This document shows positions 38,509 to 48,077 of a stretch of DNA of 64,000 bases, piece by piece. Both the position numbers and the translations under genes were made by a program. Below the pieces are notes generated by a model. It worked only from the letters and a program-made list of their open reading frames with translations. It ran no database searches and was not told the DNA's origin. Positions within the stretch are counted from its first letter, which is position 1, and each line of letters starts with the position of its first letter. This DNA is from Candidatus Dadabacteria bacterium (GTDB lineage: Bacteria; Desulfobacterota_D; UBA1144; Nemesobacterales; UBA2774). Location: positions 2,732 to 66,731 of the forward strand of contig JADLGH010000007.1 in the NCBI GenBank assembly GCA_020849425.1. The letters run 5' to 3'.

Positions 38509-40032
38509 ATGATTTCCAAAATCCTTTCAAGCGCGGTACTTGGGGTTGACGCATACATTGTCGAAGTCGAAGTCGATCTCGCGTTCGGCGTCCCGCAATT
38601 CAACACGGTAGGGCTGCCGGAGGGAGCAGTCAAGGAAAGCAAGGAGCGCGTAAGGGCGGCGATAAAGAACTGCGGATACGAGTTCCCGGCGAGGAGGATC
38701 ACCGTAAACCTCGCCCCGGCCGATATAAGAAAGGAGGGCTCTGCGTTCGATCTTCCGATATCGCTCGGGATACTCTCCGCGACCGGCCTCGTAGAGCAGG
38801 ACCTCCTTCAGGACTACGTCGTACTCGGCGAGCTCTCTCTCGACGGAAAAGTGAAGCCGGTGAGGGGGGCGCTTCCGAGCTCCATACGCGCGCGTGACAA
38901 CAGGCTCAAGGGAATAATCCTCCCCAGGGAAAACGCCGAGGAGGCCGCGGTCGTCGACGGAATAGAAGTCCTCGCCGTCGAAACGCTTCAGGAGACAGTC
39001 GAATTCCTCTCCGGAAAAAGGGTTATCGAGCCAACCGTAATCGACGTCGATTCCTTATTCACCGCGGCCAGGAGCTACGACATCGACTTTCACGAAGTGA
39101 AGGGGCAGGAGCACGTAAAGCGCGCCCTCGAAGTCGCGGCGAGCGGGGGGCATAACGTCCTCATGATCGGCTCCCCCGGCTCGGGCAAGACCATGCTGGC
39201 AAGGAGGCTTCCGACGATCCTCCCCGACATGAGCTTCGACGAGGCGCTCGAAACGACGAAAATTTACTCCGTTTCCGGACTCCTTCCCGACCACTCGTCC
39301 TTATTCGCGACGAGGCCTTTCAGGCCCCCTCACCATACGATAAGCGACGCCGGGCTCATAGGGGGCGGTGCGGTTCCGAAGCCCGGTGAGGTGAGCCTGG
39401 CGCATAACGGTGTGCTGTTTTTGGACGAGCTTCCCGAATTCAGGAAGAACGTGCTCGAGGTTTTGAGACAGCCGCTCGAAGACGGCGTCGTCACCATATC
39501 GAGGGCCATAACCTCGATAACATATCCCGCGCGCATGATGCTGGTGGCTGCAATGAACCCGTGTCCGTGCGGCTATCACGGCGACCCTCTCAAGGAATGC
39601 AGCTGCACCCCCATGCAAATACACAGGTACAGGGCGAAGGTGTCAGGGCCTCTTCTCGACAGGATAGACATACACATCGAAGTCCCGCCTGTAAGGTACA
39701 GGGAGCTTACGGAGGACACGAGGGGGGAAACCTCGGCCGATATAAAAAGCCGCGTCAACGCCGCGAGAGAGATACAAAGGGCGCGTTTTAAGAGATCTAG
39801 AATCCATTCGAATTCCCAGATGTCGCCCTCGATGGTGAGGAAATATTCGAAGCCGGACGACAAGGGAGCGAGCCTCCTTCAGGCCGCTATAGACAGGCTC
39901 GGGCTAAGCGCCCGCGCGTACGACAGGATACTCAAGGTCTCCCGCACGATTGCCGACCTCGACAGGTCTGAAAACGTCCTCGCCCATCACATATCCGAAG
40001 CAATACAATACCGCTCGCTCGACAGGGGCTGA
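38509..40032 (+). CDS. comM: YifB/ComM Mg-chelatase-like AAA+ ATPase
   Basis: [41 protein letters not shown]. Confidence 0.93.
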   Translation: MISKILSSAVLGVDAYIVEVEVDLAFGVPQFNTVGLPEGAVKESKERVRAAIKNCGYEFPARRITVNLAPADIRKEGSAFDLPISLGILSATGLVEQDLLQDYVVLGELSLDGKVKPVRGALPSSIRARDNRLKGIILPRENAEEAAVVDGIEVLAVETLQETVEFLSGKRVIEPTVIDVDSLFTAARSYDIDFHEVKGQEHVKRALEVAASGGHNVLMIGSPGSGKTMLARRLPTILPDMSFDEALETTKIYSVSGLLPDHSSLFATRPFRPPHHTISDAGLIGGGAVPKPGEVSLAHNGVLFLDELPEFRKNVLEVLRQPLEDGVVTISRAITSITYPARMMLVAAMNPCPCGYHGDPLKECSCTPMQIHRYRAKVSGPLLDRIDIHIEVPPVRYRELTEDTRGETSADIKSRVNAAREIQRARFKRSRIHSNSQMSPSMVRKYSKPDDKGASLLQAAIDRLGLSARAYDRILKVSRTIADLDRSENVLAHHISEAIQYRSLDRG

Positions 40033-40322
40033 GCCGGGATAACATGCCCACGGCAGCAGCACCGTTTGTATCTTTCAATTCGAGCGACAATCCCTCTAAA
40101 ACGCACGGGACAAGAGCAACTGAAAAAAACCGCCCTCTAATGCCATTTCCCATCAAGAATTTTTCAGGCTGGTACTATTTATTTTTTATCATATTTATTG
40201 CTATTACACGTATCGAATAAGTACTACATTATATTAAATAAAACAATCAGATACTGGCAAAGCTAATAACTACCAGCTAATATCCACTCTCAGGCAATCA
40301 CTTCTTATTATTGAATTTTTTC

Positions 40323-40370
40323 TTGACAGGATTCTCACACCTTATTATTATGAATATGATTTTGAATATC
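40323..40370 (+). promoter_or_regulatory. sigma70 promoter with Fur-box-like operator
   Basis: TTGACA-17-TATTAT; 40352-40370 matches GATAATGATAATCATTATC at 14/19 on the reverse strand. Confidence 0.65.
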
Positions 40371-40416
40371 AAGCCAATGTGATGGGCATTGTTGCTTGAA
40401 TAAAGGAGGAATTACA

Positions 40417-41499
40417 ATGTACACAAGAGTAAAAGTCTTGACTTTGATTCTTTCGATTTCATTTCTATTCATGGCGGCTTGCGATGGAGGCAGTTCGAGC
40501 TCGGACGGACCAGGTCCAGGCCCCGATCCCAATGAGCAGCTTATTCAGAACATACTCGACGACTACGTCGACGGAGTTGTCGTAGGAACCTACGGATTGC
40601 TCCAGGAAAGGGCGACTGTGCTCAGGGAGGCGTGCGAAACCCTTGAAGCCGACAGGACGCAGCAAAACCTGGACGCCGCCAAGGCGGCCTGGATATCGGC
40701 CCGAATTCCGTGGGAGCAGAGCGAGGCGTGGCTTTTCGGACCCGTGGACTTCAGGGGTCACGACCCGGCGCTCGACAGCTGGCCGGTCAACAGAACGGAC
40801 CTCGACGCTGTCCTCGCGAGCGGTAATGCACTTACCCCGGAATTCATCAGGAACCTCGACCCGACCCTCAAGGGATTCCACACAGCCGAATACCTTCTTT
40901 TCGCCTTCTCGATCGACCAGCTCGGCGACAGGGAGTTCGAATACCTGATAGCCGTCGTCACGGACATCGAGATCACGGCCACGGAGCTTCTTAACGACTG
41001 GACCGCGGGGCCCGATCCCTTCGGCGACGTCATGAAGACGGCCGGAAGCAATACGGTCTTCCCGTCGCAGGTGAGCGCACTCGAGCAGATAATAGAAGGC
41101 ATGTCCATCATTCTGGACGAGGTCGCCAACGGAAAAATAGCCGAGCCCTTTGACAACCAGGACGTCGAAGCCGTCGAAAGCCAGTTCAGCTTCAATTCGA
41201 GGGCAGACTTCGCGGACGACATAAGGGGAGTTCTCTACTCATACACCGGCGACCAGCCGCTTCTCGGTATTAACGGCACGGGAATCGACGAGCTCGTTGC
41301 CGAGACTGATCCCGATCTCGCAGCGAGGGTGGAAAACGAGATAAACGATGCTATAGGTGCGATACTCGCGATTCCGCAGCCTTTCCGCGATGCGATCCTC
41401 GATCCAAATGCGGCCGACGATATAGTAGCGGCGCAGGAAGCCTGCGTAAGAGTATTCAACACCCTTAACGGTGAAGTATTACCTGTTATAAGACAGTAA
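40417..41499 (+). CDS. Imelysin family iron-regulated lipoprotein (IrpA-like)
   Basis: Lipobox MAAC; WEQSEAWLFGP, GFHTAE (GxHxxE), VESQFS. Confidence 0.9.
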   Translation: MYTRVKVLTLILSISFLFMAACDGGSSSSDGPGPGPDPNEQLIQNILDDYVDGVVVGTYGLLQERATVLREACETLEADRTQQNLDAAKAAWISARIPWEQSEAWLFGPVDFRGHDPALDSWPVNRTDLDAVLASGNALTPEFIRNLDPTLKGFHTAEYLLFAFSIDQLGDREFEYLIAVVTDIEITATELLNDWTAGPDPFGDVMKTAGSNTVFPSQVSALEQIIEGMSIILDEVANGKIAEPFDNQDVEAVESQFSFNSRADFADDIRGVLYSYTGDQPLLGINGTGIDELVAETDPDLAARVENEINDAIGAILAIPQPFRDAILDPNAADDIVAAQEACVRVFNTLNGEVLPVIRQ

Positions 41500-41582
41500 T
41501 CCGCAAATAGAGCGCCTGCTCCGAGCCGCCCCAAGCGGCCCGGGGCGGGCGCATATCTATTTCTTTTTAAGGTGAGGGGAGC

Positions 41583-42989
41583 ATGTACAAAACGGGTGAG
41601 TCCGAGCCGGGGATTTTCCGCCGGCTCTTTTATGTTTTTGTTCTTTGTGCACTCTGCCCGGTGTTTTTTCTGACGTCTTGCGGGGAGGGCGATTCGTCGG
41701 ACACGTCACCGGAGCCTGAGCCGACTGCCGGGCCTGTAAGAGCAGGCGGCGATACGAGTGTTTATAACCGCACTTCTTTTGCATTCGAGGTGCCCGCAGC
41801 GAATCTATCGGAGGAGTCCTTGATAAAGCATTTAAACGGCGACGTGACGTTCGGCGACATTTTCGTTACGCCTCCCGCGCCGAGAAATCCGGGACTCGGC
41901 CCGCTTTTCAACAACGTGTCGTGTGAGTCGTGCCACGTGAAAAACGGGAGAGGGCAGCCTGTGTTCGGCAATACGGGCCTCAGGAGCCACGGGCTCATCA
42001 GGGTTTCCGACCCCGGAGGAACGCCGCTCGTCCCGGGCGGTAATCGCCCGGTGGAAGGGCTCGGCGAGCAAATACAGGACCACGCGACCTTCGGATTTAC
42101 ACCCGAGGGCGAGGTCTTCCTCGACTGGGAGGAAGTCCCCGGCGCCTATCCGGACGGGACACCGTACAGTCTCAGGCGGCCCATTGTCGAAGTCATTCTC
42201 TCGAACGGGGAGCCGCTGCCGGATCATATAGAAAGATCTATGAGGCTGCCGCCGCCCGTAATCGGTCTCGGTCTTCTCGAAGCCGTATCGGAAGAAACCT
42301 TACTCGAAAGGGCGGACCCCGACGACGCGGACGGCGACGGTATATCCGGGCGGCCGAACATAGTCTGGAACACCGTTACTTCCAACTTCGAGCTGGGGAG
42401 ATTCGGGCATAAGGCGAGCTCGCGCAATCTGCGTGAGCAGGCCGTGAAAGCATATTCCGAGGACATGGGGGTTACGAACCCTGACCTCCCGGGCGAAGAC
42501 CCCGAGCCCGATATAGACGAGGAGACGGTCGAGCTCACGACGTTCTACACACAGACGCTCACTGTGCCGCTCAGGCTCGACACCGACGACCCCGACGTCC
42601 CCGCGGGCGAGCGCATATTTAACGACATAGGGTGCGAGCAGTGCCACAGGTCGGTTATAAGAACCGGCACACACGAGCTCCCCGAGCTCAGTAACCAGCT
42701 CATACAGCCCTTTACGGACCTTCTCCTCCACGACATGGGCGAGGGGCTCGCCGATCACAGGCCGGACCACGACGCAAGCGGGACGGAATGGCGGACAGCG
42801 CCGCTCTGGGCGATAGGACTTACGAGAACCGTCTCGGGCGTACAGAACTTTCTCCACGACGGGCGTGCGAGGACGCTCGAAGAGGCGATACTCTGGCACG
42901 ACGGCGAGGCGCACGGCGCAAAGGAACGTTTTATGAATTTAAACAAAACCGAGCGTGAAAAGCTCATCAAATTCTTGAACGCGCTTTGA
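41583..42989 (+). CDS. Di-heme oxidoreductase family (DUF1111) lipoprotein
   Basis: GLGPLFN, CESCH and CEQCH, TDLLLHDMG, LHDGRARTLEEAILWH. Confidence 0.92.
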   Translation: MYKTGESEPGIFRRLFYVFVLCALCPVFFLTSCGEGDSSDTSPEPEPTAGPVRAGGDTSVYNRTSFAFEVPAANLSEESLIKHLNGDVTFGDIFVTPPAPRNPGLGPLFNNVSCESCHVKNGRGQPVFGNTGLRSHGLIRVSDPGGTPLVPGGNRPVEGLGEQIQDHATFGFTPEGEVFLDWEEVPGAYPDGTPYSLRRPIVEVILSNGEPLPDHIERSMRLPPPVIGLGLLEAVSEETLLERADPDDADGDGISGRPNIVWNTVTSNFELGRFGHKASSRNLREQAVKAYSEDMGVTNPDLPGEDPEPDIDEETVELTTFYTQTLTVPLRLDTDDPDVPAGERIFNDIGCEQCHRSVIRTGTHELPELSNQLIQPFTDLLLHDMGEGLADHRPDHDASGTEWRTAPLWAIGLTRTVSGVQNFLHDGRARTLEEAILWHDGEAHGAKERFMNLNKTEREKLIKFLNAL

Positions 42990-42998
42990 GGAAGGAAC

Positions 42999-44600
42999 GT
43001 GAAGATGAAAAAATTTATTCTCCCATCGCTCTTTATCATTTTGGCGACACTTCTGGCGGGCGATTTCGCCTATTCACAGGCCCAGCCCAGTAGTAACGAA
43101 CTACAGGAGCTCAAGGAGATGGTAAGGCAGCTCCAGCTCGACAACGCCCGGAGAGTGGAGGAGATAGAACAGCTGAAAAAAGAGAACACCGAGAAGATCG
43201 AGGCCCTCGAAAAGAAGGTTGACGAGCTCTCCGGCGAGAAGCCGGTCGTGGTGGAAAAAGGCGCGCCCGGCAAGCCTGCCGCGCCTTCGGCACCGGTAGC
43301 GCCGGGAGAAGCCACCGAGGAAGAAACCCTTAAGGCCGCCGAGGAAGAAGAGCGTGACGTCAGCGAGGAAAACTTCTTCGAGATGGTGAACAGGGGCGAA
43401 AAACCCTACAAGAAGCTCGTCGACGAGGGGCCGTTCCAGCTCACCTGGGAAGGGTACGCCGATATTCTCTTTTCGTGGTACGGCTACGGCCCGGACCAGA
43501 CGCGACCCGGGGGTTCGGGCTCGTATGACAGGCTCGAATTCGACCTGTCCCGCTTCGTGATCGAGCTTGAGGGCGAGATGTTCGCGGGGCTCGGCTTCGA
43601 GGCCGAGATAGAATTCGAGCACGGCGGCACGGGCTCTACGTTCGAAATAGAATACGAGGAATTCGGCGAATACGAGAAAGAGATCGAAAAGGGCGGAGAG
43701 GTGTACGTCGAAGAGCTCTACCTATATAAAAAATTCAGCGACTGGGGAAAGCTGAAGGCCGGGCGTTTTTACCTTGCGTTCGGACTCATGTCGTTCCTCA
43801 GCAAGCCTACGGATTACCTCGCCGCGAGGAGGCCCGAATCCGAGACGATGGTCATACCGGCCGTATGGGACGAGATGGGCGCCAGCTTCGAGTATTACGC
43901 GACGGACAGCCTGAATCTCACGTTCCAGGTCGTAAACGGGCTCGACTCGACGGGATTCGGCTCGCTTAACTGGATACGCGGCGGACACCAGGGGAAATTT
44001 GAAACTATAAAGGCGACGGGGCTCGCAATGGTGGGCAGGATCGATTACAAGTTCCTCGACTACGGGCTTCTCGTGGGCACATCGGCCTACTACGGCTTCG
44101 ACACCTCGGCCAACAGGCCCAAGGACGACCTTCCCGACGTGGACGCACCTATACTGCTGCTCGACGCCCACGCCATATTCAACTACGGAAAATGGCGCGG
44201 AAGCGGTCTCTTCGTGTGGGGGCACCTCTGGGACGCAGCCGAGGTCTCGGAAAGGAACGCGAGGCTTTCGAACAACCTCGACGTACCGAGGACCGCCGTT
44301 TCCGACAACGCGATTTCGGCATGGGCCGAGCTCGGCTACAACATAAACACATACGTCGGGCTCAATCACCTCCACCGTCTCGAGCCCTTCTTCAGGGTCG
44401 ATTACTACGACACGATGTTCGACCCGCGTAACGACCTCTTCGACAACCCGAGGTACGAAAGAACAGTGCTCACGGGAGGGCTTTCTTACACGTTCGCGAA
44501 TGCAGTCTTCGTAAAGCTCGACTACGGCTACAGGATGATAGCCGCGAGCGACCTCAACAACGAAAGCACGATAGACCTCGCCTTCGGGTGGGTGTACTGA
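42999..44600 (+). CDS. Outer-membrane beta-barrel/porin with N-terminal coiled coil
   Basis: Signal peptide; EIEFEHGG...EYEEFGEYE, C-terminal AFGWVY. Confidence 0.75.
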   Translation: MKMKKFILPSLFIILATLLAGDFAYSQAQPSSNELQELKEMVRQLQLDNARRVEEIEQLKKENTEKIEALEKKVDELSGEKPVVVEKGAPGKPAAPSAPVAPGEATEEETLKAAEEEERDVSEENFFEMVNRGEKPYKKLVDEGPFQLTWEGYADILFSWYGYGPDQTRPGGSGSYDRLEFDLSRFVIELEGEMFAGLGFEAEIEFEHGGTGSTFEIEYEEFGEYEKEIEKGGEVYVEELYLYKKFSDWGKLKAGRFYLAFGLMSFLSKPTDYLAARRPESETMVIPAVWDEMGASFEYYATDSLNLTFQVVNGLDSTGFGSLNWIRGGHQGKFETIKATGLAMVGRIDYKFLDYGLLVGTSAYYGFDTSANRPKDDLPDVDAPILLLDAHAIFNYGKWRGSGLFVWGHLWDAAEVSERNARLSNNLDVPRTAVSDNAISAWAELGYNINTYVGLNHLHRLEPFFRVDYYDTMFDPRNDLFDNPRYERTVLTGGLSYTFANAVFVKLDYGYRMIAASDLNNESTIDLAFGWVY

Positions 44601-44710
44601 TTTTACGGGGCGAATCGCCGGCGCTCGAAGCTTCCGGCTACCCGTGCGGAAGGAGCCGGCCTTCCGGACGGGGTGTATACACACGGGGCTTTCGCTTATA
44701 ATAACTCCCG

Positions 44711-45589
44711 ATGTTCGGAGATAAATTCCAGAAGGCTTACGTCGAGACCTCGGGCGCCGGGATAAACCTCGTCCACGGCGGCGAGGGTAAGCCTTTGCTC
44801 CTCCTGCACGGCTATCCCGAGACGCACGCGATGTGGCGCCTGACCGCGCCCGAGCTCGCAAAACATTTCCACGTCGTCTGCATGGACCTCAGGGGCTACG
44901 GCGACAGCTCGAAACCCGAATCAACCTCGGACCACTACACTTATTCAAAGCGCGCCATGGCCGGGGACTGCGTCGAGGTCATGGAGGCGCTCGGATTCCG
45001 GAGTTTCTACGTCGCAGGGCACGACAGGGGCGGCAGGGTTACGCACAGGATGTGCCTCGACCACCCGGACAGGGTCCGGGCCGCGTGCGTGATGGACATA
45101 GCGCCGACGCATACTATGTTCAAAACGGCCGAGAAGAATTTCGCCACCGGATACTATCACTGGTTCTTCCTCATTCAGCCGGACGGTCTCCCCGAAAGGA
45201 TGATAGGGTGCGACCCGGAATATTATCTAAGGGAGAAGCTCGGGAGATGGAGCGCGCCCGGCGCGGTGTTCGACGAAGAGACCGTTAAGGAATACGTCCG
45301 GTGCTTCGGCTCGCCCGAGGCTATACACGCGAGCTGCGAGGATTACAGGGCGGCGGCGACTATAGACCTCGTCCACGACGAGTCAGACTTCGAAAAGAGG
45401 ATCGAATGCCCGCTGCTCGTCCTCTGGGGCGGGAAGGGGTTCGTCCACAGGACATACGACGTCCTTGCCACGTGGAGGGAGAAGGCCATTGACGTGAGAG
45501 GCGGACCGCTCGACTGCGGGCACTTCCTTCCGGAAGAAAAACCGGAAGAGGTTACGGACGGGCTCCTTAAATTTTTCTCGTCGATCTGA
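44711..45589 (+). CDS. Fluoroacetate/haloacetate dehalogenase-like alpha/beta hydrolase
   Basis: LLHGYPET, GHDRGGR, YHWFF, CEDYRAAA, CGHF. Confidence 0.85.
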   Translation: MFGDKFQKAYVETSGAGINLVHGGEGKPLLLLHGYPETHAMWRLTAPELAKHFHVVCMDLRGYGDSSKPESTSDHYTYSKRAMAGDCVEVMEALGFRSFYVAGHDRGGRVTHRMCLDHPDRVRAACVMDIAPTHTMFKTAEKNFATGYYHWFFLIQPDGLPERMIGCDPEYYLREKLGRWSAPGAVFDEETVKEYVRCFGSPEAIHASCEDYRAAATIDLVHDESDFEKRIECPLLVLWGGKGFVHRTYDVLATWREKAIDVRGGPLDCGHFLPEEKPEEVTDGLLKFFSSI

Positions 45590-45689
45590 ATCCTTCCCGT
45601 AAATATTCTCCACGGTTACCCTCGAGCTCTGAAAAGTATTGAAGACACTGGACGCGATCCGGCCCCGGAGTAGACGAGGAGAAAATACG

Positions 45690-46174
45690 ATGAACAAGAA
45701 AATAGCGATCCCACCCGACGGCGGTGACAGCTTCGACTTCGGCGGGCTCGGCGTACACTGGAAGATAGAAGGTGAAGAGACGGGGAAGAGGTTTTCTGTC
45801 GTGCATCACCCGCTTGCTCCCCGTGCGCTGGCAGCGCCGCTCCACTATCATCACAACGAAGACGAATACTCGTACGTCGCTCAAGGCACGCTCGGTGCGC
45901 TCCCGGGCGACGAAGCGGTGATCGCCGGCCGGGGTTCCCGGGTATTCAAGCCGCGCGGACAGTGGCACACGTTCTGGAATGCGGGCGACGCGACGCGCCT
46001 GATAATAGAGGTCATATCCCCCGCGGGGTTCGAGAGCTATTTCCGAGAGGTGGTTGCCGCCCGGGGCGACCTCGGCAAATTCGCGGAGATAAACAAAGAT
46101 GCTCGCTCGAAATGGACTTTGGCAGCGTGCCCGCTTTATGCGAGCGGTTCGGCCTCACGTTTCCGAGCCTCTGA
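45690..46174 (+). pseudogene. Cupin domain protein, frameshift near 46095
   Basis: PLHYHHNEDEYSY...HTFWN...SPAGFE; the expected C-terminus SLEMDFGSVPALCERFGLTF lies in another frame. Confidence 0.7.
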
Positions 46175-46295
46175 AACGAAAGAGCGAAGACCTGCCGAGG
46201 CCGGAGCCCTCAAACTTTGAATTCTTTCATCCGAGAAAAAGAAGCTGCGCGTTACACCCCGCACCGCGTAGCCGGAATGTAACGCGCACGCCGTT

Positions 46296-46877
46296 TCAGA
46301 AATCCACCGTAACCTTCACCGGCACCGGGTTCGAGACTATGTCGAATACCGGGGAGCGCCTTTCCGCCAGCTTTACGAGCTCGTCTATCTCCTCCTTCGT
46401 GGCGTCGTCGGCCCTTATCCTCACCTTTATCCTTATCTCCTCGTAGCCGTTACGCTTCGCCCCGGGAATTCCGAGCAGGCCCCTGAGGTCCAGGTCTCCC
46501 TCGAAGCTCGTCTCCATCTCGTCGATCCTTATGCCCCTCGCCGCGGCGTGGTAGACGAGCGTCGTCGTGATACATCCCGCAAGCCCGTGGAGAACCTGCT
46601 CGACAGGGTTCGGCCCCCTGTCCTCCCCGAGAAGGACCGGCGGCTCGTCGTTATCGAGAACGAACGGCGTTTCCCTCGTGTGCTCGTTACACGCACCGTA
46701 GAAGCCGTCGACGAAGGACCTGTTGAGCCCCCCGGTAATCCACCGGTTTCGGTTCCGGAACTGGAACTTCGCGGCCCCGGCGTCGCAGCTCATAATGGCT
46801 ATAGCACGAAATATCCCGTCGACGTTGACCCCGTTCAAAACCTTGTCTTCTGTGGTGTCCTTTGCCAGTTCTGACAT
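46296..46877 (-). CDS. OsmC-like family protein
   Basis: DEPPVLLGEDRGPNPVE..LAGC..EGDLDLRG..SPV. Confidence 0.9.
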   Translation of the reverse strand: MSELAKDTTEDKVLNGVNVDGIFRAIAIMSCDAGAAKFQFRNRNRWITGGLNRSFVDGFYGACNEHTRETPFVLDNDEPPVLLGEDRGPNPVEQVLHGLAGCITTTLVYHAAARGIRIDEMETSFEGDLDLRGLLGIPGAKRNGYEEIRIKVRIRADDATKEEIDELVKLAERRSPVFDIVSNPVPVKVTVDF

Positions 46878-46933
46878 TTTACTTACCTCCTTATTTTAGA
46901 TTTTTTGTGCGTCGAGAACTGTTGAAACAAAGG

Positions 46934-47175
46934 TGCAAGGGGCATGCCAACCTGCTTCGGCAATGGAATATATAATTGTTCCAAGGGGTTAACTATATTC
47001 TCCTTTGTTCAACGATATTACGAGATTTCGTAATTTACGAGACTTCGCAGACCGTCCTGACGATATCTCGCGAACACCCGTAACCACCGGGACGCCTCGT
47101 TTGCCTCTTCCGAAACCTAAGCCGCCGTGGAGATTGAACTATTGAAGCTTTCCTCAAATTCGGCACGGAGGTTGC
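46934..47175. promoter_or_regulatory. Divergent sigma54 promoters with a central enhancer array
   Basis: Minus TGGCAT-N5-TTGCA at 46934-46949; plus CGGCAC-N5-TTGC at 47161-47175; ACGA-N4-TCG at 47020, 47037 and 47060. Confidence 0.8.
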
Positions 47176-47235
47176 CATACTTCATCCAAACAGAGCGGGA
47201 TTCGGTTCCCGAAATCAAAAATGGAGGTAAGCAAG

Positions 47236-48024
47236 ATGGCGATAAGATGTCCGGCAGGATTCGACACGGGGTATCTGAAAGAAAGGGTTTACGAGACCTA
47301 CGACAGGGTCGCCCGTGAACCCAACGGCGAGTTCCATTTTCACAGGGGGCCCGCGTACGCGTCCGGGTATCTCAAATACGATATGGAAGAGCTGATGGCG
47401 CTCCCGGAAGAGAGCACGGCCCGTTTTGCGGGCGTGGCCAATCCCCACAGGATAGGTAAGATCGCGCCGGGGGAAACTGTTCTCGATCATGCGTGCGGGG
47501 CCGGCATGGACCTCCTGCTGGCGGCAAAGCGCGTCGGCCCCCGGGGAAAGGCGATAGGCGTAGATATGACGAAGGCGATGCGCGACTGCGCCGTAGCGGC
47601 CGCACGTAAAGCCGGGATGTCGCATTACGTGGATATACGGGAAGGTGTTTTCGAAGAGTTGCCGGTGGAGGACGAGAGCGTAGACGTCGTTATATCGAAC
47701 GGCGTCGTGAACCTCGCCCCGGACAAGGAAATAGTGTTTCGTGAAATCCACCGCGTGCTAAGGCCCGGAGGGAGGCTATTCCTGGGCGACGTAGTGGTGC
47801 AGAGGGAGTTAAAGCCCGAAGCGAGGGAAAACCCGGACCTGTGGGCGGCCTGCATAGCGGGGGCGCTTACGGAAAAAGAGCTGCCCGAAATCGCCGGGGC
47901 CTGCGGTTTTACGGACTGCCGGGTGACGGAGCACTTCGACTGCTTTAAAAACACGTCGGCGGAGGTGAAGGTTTCGAAGGACCTCTACGTCCAGGGAGTC
48001 AATTTCTTCGCGAAAAAGCCCTGA
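47236..48024 (+). CDS. ArsM-like SAM methyltransferase lacking two canonical ArsM cysteines
   Basis: GVANP (ArsM GCGNP), SNGVVNL (ArsM SNCVINL), WAACIAGAL; RBS GGAGGT. Confidence 0.85.
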   Translation: MAIRCPAGFDTGYLKERVYETYDRVAREPNGEFHFHRGPAYASGYLKYDMEELMALPEESTARFAGVANPHRIGKIAPGETVLDHACGAGMDLLLAAKRVGPRGKAIGVDMTKAMRDCAVAAARKAGMSHYVDIREGVFEELPVEDESVDVVISNGVVNLAPDKEIVFREIHRVLRPGGRLFLGDVVVQRELKPEARENPDLWAACIAGALTEKELPEIAGACGFTDCRVTEHFDCFKNTSAEVKVSKDLYVQGVNFFAKKP

Positions 48025-48077
48025 GATCTTTATATATAAGGAAGAACGGACCGGGCAAAGGGGCGGGGACGTAGGAA

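Noticed and set aside
47236..48024. Annotation as arsenite methyltransferase arsM
   Set aside because: Two conserved ArsM cysteines are absent and there is no ars operon context
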